Shown here piece after piece: positions 38,254-48,653 of a stretch of 58,372 nt of DNA. Both the position numbers and the translations under genes were made by a program. The first letter of the stretch is position 1. Every line of letters begins with the position of its first letter. The notes under the pieces were generated by a model. It was not told the origin of the DNA. It worked only from the letters and a program-made list of their open reading frames with translations, and did no database searches. This DNA is from Basidiobolus meristosporus CBS 931.73 (Eukaryota > Fungi > Basidiobolomycota), in contig MCFE01000557.1 of NCBI GenBank assembly GCA_002104905.1, forward strand, positions 1 to 58,372, in the 5' to 3' direction.

Positions 38254-40252
38254 CTACAGGCCTATCCACGACGATCTACCGTCACAATTGTGGATGGGTG
38301 TGGTATGGATGATGGTATCCTTCTGATCATCTGGTGATGGCATGGTGACCGTTATCGCCCATTCATACCAGACTTTGCGTTGGTCCGTGAGGCGCCATAT
38401 ATGAGTTTCCACTTTGGCGCCACGGGGAACTTGAACGGGGATTTCTATCGGGAAGTATATGGGGAACCAGCTAAACATCGTGGGTGTATGGGTGTCTGGA
38501 TGAATACTAATATCAACGCTCTTGTATAATTCTGAATCGAAATATCCCGCGAGGCCGTGGAGTAAGCCACCACTCGTACAGGTGAACGTGTTGTGGGAGT
38601 ACCGGACATTATGGAGGTTGTTGGTTGGATGTCCCTCGTCATCCATGTGAACATGAGGGTTGGGGTGAACAAAATCCCATACTTTTTGAGGTGCAGCCAG
38701 TTCTTGGACAGCCTTAAACATGACCACGTACGGGGTTTCCAAGTTTTTGCGGTCTTTGTAGTTGCTGGCTTCTTTGTGTAACTTGGCCGAGGACAAGGGA
38801 GATACATAGGCAGAATAGGAGCGTGGAATGGAGATGCCGTCCGGCTTCAAGAATTTCTGGACGCCGTCCAAGCATTCTGGTGACAGCTCGTTATCTCCGA
38901 AGGATCCCAGGAGCTCGCTGACAAGTATATCTGCTAACTCTGGTGCCTTCCACTTCCTCATGTCCTCAAAAACCACTTGGACTTGATCACCCCAAATCTT
39001 CTCTTTTGTGGCTTGGAGGGTGACAAATGCATTTCTGTTCTTTTCCACGGCATAAAGCTTGACCTTCCGCTGCGCCTTCTCCGCTGCCCGCAAACAGCAT
39101 TGTACCAGTGGGCCACGGGGTCCGGCACCGACAACCATGATCACCGTGGTGGTGTCAGATTCGGGGGGAACCCGATCCAGAAGGGCGTGGTATACGGCTT
39201 TCTCGTATTGGACATACTTCATCGGGCATTGTTCAAACACCTCGTATGTCGAAGACTCCAGATTGTCCATCAACGGCTGGAGTGGTGCTTGCAAGCAGTC
39301 CTCATAGCCATCGGCGTGCTGCTCCAGAAGCGTGGGCTCGGGCTTGGTGCGATTCAGATACTTCAAATATTGAAGATAGTTCGACTCCTGATCTTGGTCA
39401 AATAGCTGGTCATCTTCGCCGGCAAGTATGAAGTAAGGATTGAACCGAAAGAGTTGGTTGATGAAATGCTGATGCTTTTTGCTGAGTACGGGGTATCCTT
39501 TGGCATTCATTGTGAAGATGTTGGTTGGAACAATAACCGCCCGAATTGGCTCAGAAAGCCATCTTTGAAGGATCTCGTCCTCGGGGAGCACTTCGGTCAA
39601 TTCAAGGGTAATTCCGAGAGATGAGTTGTGATTACATAAAGTACGTAGTTGGTTCCATTTTGACCAGGTGTCGTGCTCGGATAAAGGAAGAAGGGGAACT
39701 CGAATCCACATCCCGGAAAAACGTAATAAATCGATTGTGCTATTAACACAGCGTGCGAAATTAGCAATTGTGTCGATATTCGCAACACTTGGGAACAAAA
39801 TCGCTGATACGCCATTATACGAGGCCCATTCCACTTGCTGCTTGAAAGCCTATTGGCGAGATAGTAGTTAGTAAGTCGAAGAGGTTTTTTCAATCGGGGT
39901 GGTGAGCAATACTTGTTCAAAAGATATGCGGGAGCCGAAATCGGCCTGTTCAAATTCGATCCAATCAGAGATTTGGGCGACTATGTTTTCAGCCGAGACT
40001 ACAAAAGCCATGAGTGAGGTGCACTTGAAGGTGAGTCTTAGAGGAAAAAGATTTACAGGAGCTCTTGATGATCAGATCTTCTTCAGTAAAAGGCTTTGGT
40101 TCTGAGAAAGCAGGCTTACTGTGCTTCGCATCCGAATGCACGATCTTGGTGACAATGAAATGGAATCCACCTTGTTTAGCTACTTCGAGGGCTTCTTCAA
40201 GATTTCTGACTTGTTGAGGCAAACAACCAATGGAAAGGGTTTGATTTGACAT
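38254..40252 (-). CDS. PRMT5: Type II protein arginine methyltransferase PRMT5/Hsl7/Skb1
   Basis: LQAPLQPLMDNLESSTYEVFE, LYAVEKN, DILVSELLGSFGDNELSPECLDG, HTPTMFSWFPIYFP, IHNCDGRSSWIGL; two 5' introns. Confidence 0.95.
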
Positions 40253-41519
40253 TGTCCACGAACTCTACGGACCAGACAACACGCTTCGTGGAAAATAAGC
40301 AAAAAGTGAGAGCTTGTACAGTAGGAATGGCTAAATCCACTCACAAATTGCTCCGGTGATCCGATCCGAAAATAAGAAATAAAATGAATACGGATTGGCA
40401 TTGGCATTGCAAAAAAGGTCACAACACATTCCTACGGTGGTATATTGGTGGAGATCTGTGATTGAAGCACTGTGGTGTAAACAAACGATAGAGTGGCAGT
40501 GGAAGGTCTGGGATCAACTGCGATCATCTTTCAGGGCTCAATTGCTCCGGAACGATACTGATGAAGACATTTCGGAGAAGAGGTGGTCGATGGGTTCGGG
40601 TAATGCCCAGAGGCTTTTCCCGGTGAGAGAGTGCATGTGTGGGTCTGGTCCGAATGTTGACTTCTTTTTGACCAGCAAGAACATGATGGCTATCATCGGC
40701 AACAATAGGGCCTATCCACTGTTAATGGCTCAGTAAAAGATGCTTCTTTTTGGTGGGAATCGATGTATACAGCGTTGTCTTTGATGCAGATGGAGATGAG
40801 CTCATACACAGCAACCATAAATCCTGCTACTCCGAAGCTTCCATGATGGTAAACATTGATGATAATTGAAATATACTTGTAGTCGCCGTATTGCCTTCCA
40901 TGTAATTTTGGTGAGCATCGGCGATAACCGAATGATGTTAGTCCTGGTATTTGGTATTTTCCCTTTCATATCAATTGGTATTTTCCCTTTCAAATCAGCC
41001 GTTAAATATGAGTTCACACCGACCAACTTTATCCGTGGTTTATTTGTTAACCATGCAATATGAGTTTATTTCTCTTCGAATGCGATTAATTTCATTCCTT
41101 GCATTGTAACAGTGCGCCTTTCAAGCATTCTTGCTACTACCTTAAATTCATCCACTGGTCGTACTAGAGAGATGACGGAGTAACAATGAGCCTGGAAGCA
41201 GAGGTACATCGGAGGGTCTTGGCGATGGTGAGTGTATGATAACCATGCATCTTACAAGTGCTAATAGATAAAGGTGGAACATTGTAATAAATATATAATT
41301 CAAGGTTGAAACGCAACCAATTTATTTCATCAAGGTTCTCCAGCTTCTACATTTCCTGTATCGAACCGACATACCTTTACACACAGTGCTGATAAGGATA
41401 TATTCGATTTACACTCGTGGCACAATGATGAATGTGTCTTCTGGTAGCAGCCGAAACTTTCGGCTATAAATATCTCGCTAGGCATTGCTCACTTGGTCAG
41501 CTTTAAACTTACTACTGCA

Positions 41520-42690
41520 ATGAGGTTCAATTCTCCAATGGCGCAAGTCATGTTGGTTGGCTTTGCATGTTTCTTTTGCCTGGGAATGTACAATGTAATC
41601 AACAGTTTGGGTGCTGGTGGTCAGATGGACGACAACACCACCAAGAATGGAAATGTCGCTCTTTATGCCTGTTTCTCAATCTTCGGCGTGTTTGGTGGCG
41701 CCATTTACAACGTCCTTGTAGGGCGCTGGACAATGTTTTGCGGTGGCCTTACTTACGCGCTGTACTCCGGCTCTCTCGTATACTATAGTAACACCAAGGA
41801 GCCAGCCTTTGTCATCGTAGCCAGCGCCATTCTAGGAGTCGGTGCTGGTATGTTCTGGACTGTTCAAGGGGCGATCATGATGTTGTACCCATCCGAAAAT
41901 CAGAAAGGCCGAGCAGTCGGCATTTTCTGGATTATTTTCAACATGGGGGCCGTTCTCGGCTCGTTCATTCCATTCGGCCTTAACTTTAATTCTACAGCGG
42001 CCAAAGTGAACACTGCCACCCACTACGTGTTGATGGTGCTAATGGTCATTGGTGCTTTACTCGGCTTGGGCCTGATTCCCCTTGAGAAGGTGGTTCGTGA
42101 GGATGGCTCCCGTGTACAGGTGTCCAAATTCGAGAATGTGGGTAGTGAAATCATTGAGATTCTCAAGTTAATAAAGAGCAAGAATATGCTTCTACTTCTA
42201 TCATTGTGTGTTACATCCAACTGGTTTTACTCTTATCAGTACAGTGCAGTCAACGGAGTCCTCTTTAATGTTCGCACCCGCTCTTTCAATAGTGCTTTTT
42301 ATTGGGGCTCTCAGATGATTGGATCCCATAGTGTGGGCCTGTTGCTTGATAACCCCAAACTTCAGCCCTCTACGGATTGTCACTGGTGGCAGTCCTAACA
42401 ACAGTAATCTGGGGTGGTGGCCTTGCTCTACAGCTGCAATACACTCGGGAGGACCATCCTAAAGATATCGATTTCAACAACGGTCTAGGTTGAGGAAGCA
42501 AGTTTGCACTGTACGTATTCTATGGATTTTTGGATGCCGTTCTACAAACCTATGCCTATTGGTTGATGGGGGCTCTTTCCAACGGAAAGCCATGTTCTTG
42601 CCCGTTACGCTGGGTACTACAAAGCGCTTCAATCGGCAGGCGCGGCTATTGCCTGGGACATTGATGCCAAAAGCACTGGTTTCCTAAGCA
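41520..42690 (+). pseudogene. UNC93-like MFS transporter pseudogene (paralogue of 44445-45857)
   Basis: Aligns to the intact paralogue but has a frameshifting deletion near 42362, in-frame TGA at 42491, a second frameshift near 42588, and lacks the last helix after AWDIDAK. Confidence 0.88.
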
Positions 42691-44444
42691 CGGTTTCTCT
42701 CCCCTTCGCCTATCTGCTTGCCAGGAATGTCAGACACCTCTGCAGTGGACCCCGAGAAGATTGAGATGGAGAGAGCCTAAATCAGTTATTGTTCTGATCA
42801 CCGTCAATGATTCATCAATAAACCAGAGTTATTTAACTAAAAAGATTGAGAAAAATTTAGTATTCACCACAACACAAATCCAAGAGACATAATTTACATA
42901 TGCTTGCTTATGAAGTACCATTATTGAAAACAATATGATGATTGCTATGGTATAATGGATATACCCAGCAAGTCTATTTCTCAGCCTTTGAAATAATATC
43001 CAGCAAGTCTATTTATTATTGGGTTTTTCTTGAGTAAGGCATTCCTTCTCTTCTTATATGTTTCCACACTTTCCTGCCCTCAGCATGTACTGTTGGTTGC
43101 CTTTATATTGCCATTGATTGGCTTGTCACCTATTTTGTTTGTATATCTCCAGGTTCTACTTTTCTGATGACTAAATGAATTTGTGGTAAGTTTGCTGTTT
43201 GTTACATTAAAATCTGTTAGAACCTTCATTCTTGTGCTAATGATGTCATATTGTATCTCCCAGCACAATCATAACATTAGCTCGCAAGTACTGATGTTAT
43301 GTCAATGCACTATTGAGTTAACATATATTTCTACAAGTCCACCAAATCTTTCTCAACACCCACTCTGAATCTGTTAACAATAGTGCTTTCAGTGATAAAG
43401 TTGCAATTGATGATGGAAGCACAGGAGATTTCACAGTTGCTGACCTGGATGGTATAGCTAGTTAGAAGTTGATCTAAAGACATCAAGTAATTGGTATTGT
43501 TTAGATACTAGACTAGTTATTGCAACAGAATCAGTAAGTATCATCTAACCCTAAGCTCACTCATACGAGGGATTAATTGATTATGATCTACTGTTTCCTC
43601 CAGTCCAACTAACTATGAACATGTTAGCTACATCGATGTAAATAACGTTTTGTTCGAGAGATGTAAAATACTAAACTGAGATACAAGATATCTGATATCC
43701 TACGTTAATAGTGTATATCTCATACTTTACGCCAGAGACAAATGACCTTTTCGTCACAAACCCATAGTTGAAGGAAACGTTTCTTTGACGGTAAAGCGAT
43801 AACAAAACTCAGACGGTGCTCCACTTTCTAACCATCTTTACAGGCGAGTCAAAGTGCGTTGAGCTATACCAGACTCTAAAAGTTAATCCGAACTCTAATT
43901 CTCTCAAGGTCATCTTCACCCTGGTTTTCCCAATGCCCCTTGGAAAGCCTCATTAGTTGGCTTGCTTACAGCCAGCAAAGGCACGTTGACGAAGAGAAGG
44001 CTTTAACAAAGTGACTCAGCAAATCCCAAAAAACCTGAAATTCCTACCTCGTAGGTAGTACACAAGTGTTAGACTACAAAGTATTACATGCAAGTGTATC
44101 CGTTCCTACTAAGGAATATCTTCTCTGATATGGTAACCAACGATCGAACTAGAGGGTGGCGGAAAGAATACTATCATTATGAGGAGTGGCGGCAAGAACG
44201 CTTTCATTCGTGGCGAAGGATAGTCCATTCCATGTGATCCTGTTATGGTATATCTGGCGAGAAGGGGAATCAACCAAAAATGGAGGGCGTCGCTTCGGAG
44301 ACGAAATACACATCCGTTTGCAGTAAGCGCTCTAGTTTGGTAAAGGATTGTGGAGAAAGCCATCGCCATAATCGTCGTGGACTGTGCCTATAAAAAGGCC
44401 TCTCTGGCATATCCATTACACACTATTCTCTCTTCAAACTTGAT

Positions 44445-45857
44445 ATGTCATCTTTTTTCAACTACGACCTGTCAAAGGTCAAGATTGGCAGCTGGCGCTA
44501 CAATAGACCCCTGACCCAGGTGATATTGATTGGCTTCGTGTGCTTCTGTTGCCCCGGTATGTTCAATTGTATCAACGGTATGGGTGCTGGTGGTCAGATG
44601 GCCGGTAATACCGCAACAAATGGAAACGTCGCTCTTTACTGTACCTTTGCTGTTTTCGGTGTCTTCGGTGGTGCTTTTTACAACACTTTTGGAATCCGTC
44701 TTTGCTTGTTATTCGGAGGCGCCACTTATACGATTTACGCCGGTTCCTTGCTCTACATGCAAAAGCACAGTTATGTAATCGACAAGGTCACCTATAATAC
44801 ACCAGGGGCTGAAGCGTTCGTGATTACTGCGTCCGCCATCCTTGGTATCGGTGCTGGTATTCTCTGGACTGCTCAAGGTGTGATCATGATGTCTTACCCC
44901 CCGGAAAATGAAAAAGGTAGAAGCGTTGCTATCTTCTGGGTTATCTTCAATTTGGGAGGTGTGATGGGTGCTTGGATTCCTTTCGGTATTGAGTACAACA
45001 ACCCACATGGTGGTAGTAGCTACAGCACCTATGTTGCCTTTTTGTGTATCATGTGTTGCGGTGCTGCCATGGGAATGCTGCTTCTTCCGCCCGAGAAGGT
45101 TATCCGTGACGATGGTTCCCGCGTACAGGTCGACAAGTTCGAAAATGCCTTCGTGGAAGCCAAGGAGATTTTAAAGCTCTTTTTGGACAAAAACATGCTG
45201 CTGTTGACTCCTATCTCTGTTGCTTCCAACTGGTTTTACACATACCAATTCAATTGTATTAACGGTGCCATGTTCGACAGTCGCTCCAACTCATTCAACA
45301 ATGCCTTCTATTGGTTCTTCCAGATGGTTGGTGCTATGCTCATCGGATGGTTCCTCGATTCGAAGAAGTATGGCCGTCGTACTAGAGCCATTTATGGCTT
45401 ACTCGGTGTTTACGCCTGTATCATGATTGTGTGGGGAGGCGGTTTGGGCATGCAAGTTCAATATAGCCGTTACTCTCTGGCCCATGATCATTTGGAGAAG
45501 AACATCGATATGCTACGTGACAAAAGTACCTACTGGCCTATCTGGGTTCTCTACTCATGTTACGGATTGCTTGACGCCTCTACACAGTCATACGCCTACT
45601 GGATTATGGGTGCCATGACGAACGACTCATCCATGCTTGCCCGTTACGGTGGATACTATAAGGGTGTTCAGTCTGCTGGTGCAGCCATTGCTTGGAGAAT
45701 TGACGCAGTCAAAGCTCCCTTCATTGCTGAGTTCGCTATTGCTTGGGGTCTTTTGGTGTTTGCCTTCCCATTCACCTTCTATATTGCCAAGAATGTCAAA
45801 GAAACTAATAATACCGACGAGGAGTCGAAGGACGTGAAGCAAGTTACTGCCGAATAA
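44445..45857 (+). CDS. UNC93-like MFS membrane protein (DUF895 type), intronless
   Basis: QVILIGFVCFCCPGMFN..GAGG, GILWTAQG..MMSYPPENEKGR..AIFWVIFNLGGVMG, ASNWFYTYQF, YAYWIMGAMTND..LARYGGYYKGVQSAGAAIAW. Confidence 0.93.
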   Translation: MSSFFNYDLSKVKIGSWRYNRPLTQVILIGFVCFCCPGMFNCINGMGAGGQMAGNTATNGNVALYCTFAVFGVFGGAFYNTFGIRLCLLFGGATYTIYAGSLLYMQKHSYVIDKVTYNTPGAEAFVITASAILGIGAGILWTAQGVIMMSYPPENEKGRSVAIFWVIFNLGGVMGAWIPFGIEYNNPHGGSSYSTYVAFLCIMCCGAAMGMLLLPPEKVIRDDGSRVQVDKFENAFVEAKEILKLFLDKNMLLLTPISVASNWFYTYQFNCINGAMFDSRSNSFNNAFYWFFQMVGAMLIGWFLDSKKYGRRTRAIYGLLGVYACIMIVWGGGLGMQVQYSRYSLAHDHLEKNIDMLRDKSTYWPIWVLYSCYGLLDASTQSYAYWIMGAMTNDSSMLARYGGYYKGVQSAGAAIAWRIDAVKAPFIAEFAIAWGLLVFAFPFTFYIAKNVKETNNTDEESKDVKQVTAE

Positions 45858-46583
45858 GCTAGAGAAATTCGATATTATTGTAAAAAGAGAAGACCATAAT
45901 CACGATCAATAAACTCTCCAATATTTTGATTAGACGAACCAGTAGAACCTGTCAATCCAGCTTAGTCGATCCGTTCAATCCAGTTCAGTAGATCCAGTCT
46001 ATCCAGCTTATTTGCCATAATCAGTAGATTTCTATCACATGCCCTGAGTGGTAAATCCCTGGAATTTGGCACTTTCAGTGGCTTCTTGTTTGGAATCCAG
46101 AATTCACCTGAGCTTCTTGTTTAGGATGCAGAATGATCCTTGCTGCTCATCCTGGCCATTGATCCTGGGGTTTCTCATTCTCACACGCGGATATATAAAT
46201 CAGGCGCCAATTGAGAAGTGGCTTGATCATGATCACTATCTAAGCATGTCTATAGTTTACAACGTGATGTTTGTAGTTAAAATTGTTAGTTTTGATCCAC
46301 TCAAGGTTCGTTTGATGATCGTCCTATATATGTAGTATCACTAGTCTGTATTTGGTAGCGAGTTGGTCATTTGAGGCTGCTCGCGCTAGACGAATATCAC
46401 AAGTTTATGTAGCGAGAGAGGCGTATAAGATAGGCCTTGGATTGTTGGTAAACAAATTTAATTCCGCAAAAAATCCAGCCAAGCCTTGTGTGGTAGTGCT
46501 GGTGCTAAAGAAATGCGGGAAGATGAATTGGTGCTACAGGCCTGATATTATAATCCGATAATATCGCATTTGCTGATGACCGT

Positions 46584-46643
46584 ATATACCACACTCAGCT
46601 ATATGCCACACTCAGCTATATACCACACTCAGCTATATGCCAC
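46584..46643. repeat. 17-bp tandem repeat (ATAT(A/G)CCACACTCAGCT), about 3.5 copies
   Basis: Directly visible. Confidence 0.85.
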
Positions 46644-47055
46644 ATTCATCACAGAGTGCCGGTAACCATTGACCGCATAGAATCAGCGTTAAGATTAAAA
46701 TCAAGCTTGTAAATGAGGCTTAATTGAGCGATGTAGCATTCGCTTCAGAATCAGCCACTATGATTTGAGGCTTCGTTTCTAGAATTCCATGATCGAGGGT
46801 AAAGGTTGCTATGTTGAGCAAAGCCAGTCATATCCCTGACTGCTTCCCATAAGTATCTTGGTCAGAACTCCCAAAACCGTTCAATAAGCCACTACACTGT
46901 TGTAGATTAGTAGTGCATACAATTATTGGAGTGGTTCGACCTCCAACTCCGACCATTTTTTCTTGTTGATTGGATAGAGGTGCACCAGCAATTTGGAGTT
47001 CACCTCGTGGCTTTACGCTCCAGAATGTCAGGCAACAGTCGAAATGGCTTAATCT

Positions 47056-47093
47056 AATTACCAATCGAATTATCAATCGAATTACCAATCGAG
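47056..47093. repeat. 12-bp tandem repeat (AATTA(C/T)CAATCG) x3
   Basis: aattaccaatcgaattatcaatcgaattaccaatcg. Confidence 0.75.
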
Positions 47094-47278
47094 TTAGTCT
47101 AAATATAGTTATGTCCTAAGCTGCCAATTATTATTGTTGTTGAGTCCCATTTTAGGGAATAATTTCCGCATCACAGTGTGAAATACTTGGAATCACGGAC
47201 CAATTACCACATAGTAACAGTCGCTCCCCAACTTACCTGGACCTGTCCGCATATTTTCCTGGCCAAATAGCATCCAGA

Positions 47279-47385
47279 CTGTGTAGTAGCCAATATCAGA
47301 AACATGCGTAGAAGTGTGTAGTGCCCAATATCAGAAACATGCGTAGAAGTGTGTAGTGCCCAATATCAGAAACACTAACCCTAAC
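47279..47385. repeat. 35-bp tandem repeat (about 2.7 copies) ending in CTAACCCTAAC
   Basis: Unit GTGTGTAGTGCCCAATATCAGAAACATGCGTAGAA at about 47279, 47314 and 47349; last copy is cut at 47374 and followed by an 11-nt C-strand telomere-like motif. Confidence 0.85.
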
Positions 47386-48117
47386 ACTGTTGCAGGATAC
47401 ACGGAATCTTGAGTGAGCACTCAAAACATGATTCGATATTATTCAGAGTGTGACGATAGTCGCTACAGTTGATGAGAGGTGCTAAAATATCCACGCAATT
47501 CTTATGAACGCTTGCTCAATAGCCGAATACCTAAGCTCTTTGACAAGTTATTAAACATCTACCAAGGATTTAGGTAGTAAGATATGGGCTAGCTCTTTGA
47601 ACTCACGATGTTTTGGAGGTTATGAAACCTTATAAACCCGTTTCATAGTGTATACATTGATCCCTTCATGAAACGTTCTTACCTTTCTTAAACTAACTGG
47701 TGGGTAGTTCAACCTGTCTAGTCCTCTAACTCGCATTTAGGACCGTGCCAAATCTTACATCAAGTTGGAGATATTACATAATTTACGTAATACACCAATT
47801 GGCTGACATATATGGATTATCGATGTTTGATGGAATGGTTGGGAATATTGAAACTGGCAGTGGGTGCTTGAAATCGCTTCATAGCACTTGTTACTTAGCG
47901 CCTAATAACCCTTTCAGCTCAATAAGTCTCTATGGCATATATTGTTGTAAATCTTGCTTTGATATTGCAATATTAACATTTGCTTGGGTCCTAGTATTTG
48001 AGCTTTATCCTTTTTGGTCCAAATCTGTAGCCAGGATATACTTGCAATATGCAATCATCTAATATAAGAACATGCAAATAGAGTTGTATAATATTAAGTC
48101 TCCCTTCCTTTAGTTTC

Positions 48118-48450
48118 TGTTGTAAAAATTCGTAATTCCACCTAAATATTCACCTAACTTAGTCACTTAGATCATTACCCTCAAATCCTAGAGAATACTG
48201 ACCAAATTCCTTGTTGGGATTTACTTAGAATATTTACCCAGAACATGAAAATTAGATATGTTGTCCAAACAGCCCCAAACTTTGCACACACGCTCTTGGG
48301 ACCCTCCTTAACCTATTCTACGTGCTTGTAATGCCAAGACCATGTAAAAGTATAAATACTACTTTTACATTCAATAAATCATTAAGTGAAGACCAAATAA
48401 TGTACTTGTTCTCCCAAATCACTTCTAATATCTCCAAGACTCTTACAACA
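48118..48450 (+). mobile_element. Solo LTR (family A), 333 bp
   Basis: TGTTGTAA...TTACAACA termini; 5-bp TSD GTTTC on both sides. Confidence 0.92.
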
Positions 48451-48591
48451 GTTTCAACTCCCTGAGGTTGCTCTAGATGCTGTTCTACAGGCTAAAGATC
48501 CCCAGCTAGGTTTTGAGTTGCTGAACAAAGTTCTCTTTGTACAGACTCTGACAGATTCCAATGAACAGCTATATCTCCCTCATCAATCTGT

Positions 48592-48653
48592 TGTTGTAAA
48601 AATTCATAATTCCACCTAAATACTCACCTAACTTAGTCACTTAGATCATTACC
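48592..48653 (+). mobile_element. Truncated LTR (family A, first 62 bp only)
   Basis: Matches the start of the 48118 LTR up to GATCATTACC, then switches to TTAGGGG and a retroelement 3' end. Confidence 0.88.

Noticed and set aside
42780-43500. AT-rich, CpG-poor tract between the UNC93 copies as a transposon remnant
   Set aside because: No termini, TSD or convincing protein motif could be identified.
46584-46643. 17-bp repeat as tRNA A-box (TAGCTGAGTGTGG on the minus strand)
   Set aside because: No B box at a suitable distance and no cloverleaf.
47279-47374. CRISPR-like array (35-bp repeats)
   Set aside because: The repeats are contiguous with no spacers, there are no cas genes, and the context is eukaryotic.
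47745-48062. 105-aa ORF and other short ORFs at 46-48 kb and 53-55 kb
   Set aside because: No recognisable motifs; AT-rich decayed repeat context; several use non-ATG starts.
48118-48450. MITE interpretation of the TGTTGTAA..TTACAACA elements
   Set aside because: Related sequences form the paired LTRs of the 52428-55743 element with PBS and PPT, and the TG..CA ends with 5-bp TSDs fit solo LTRs.
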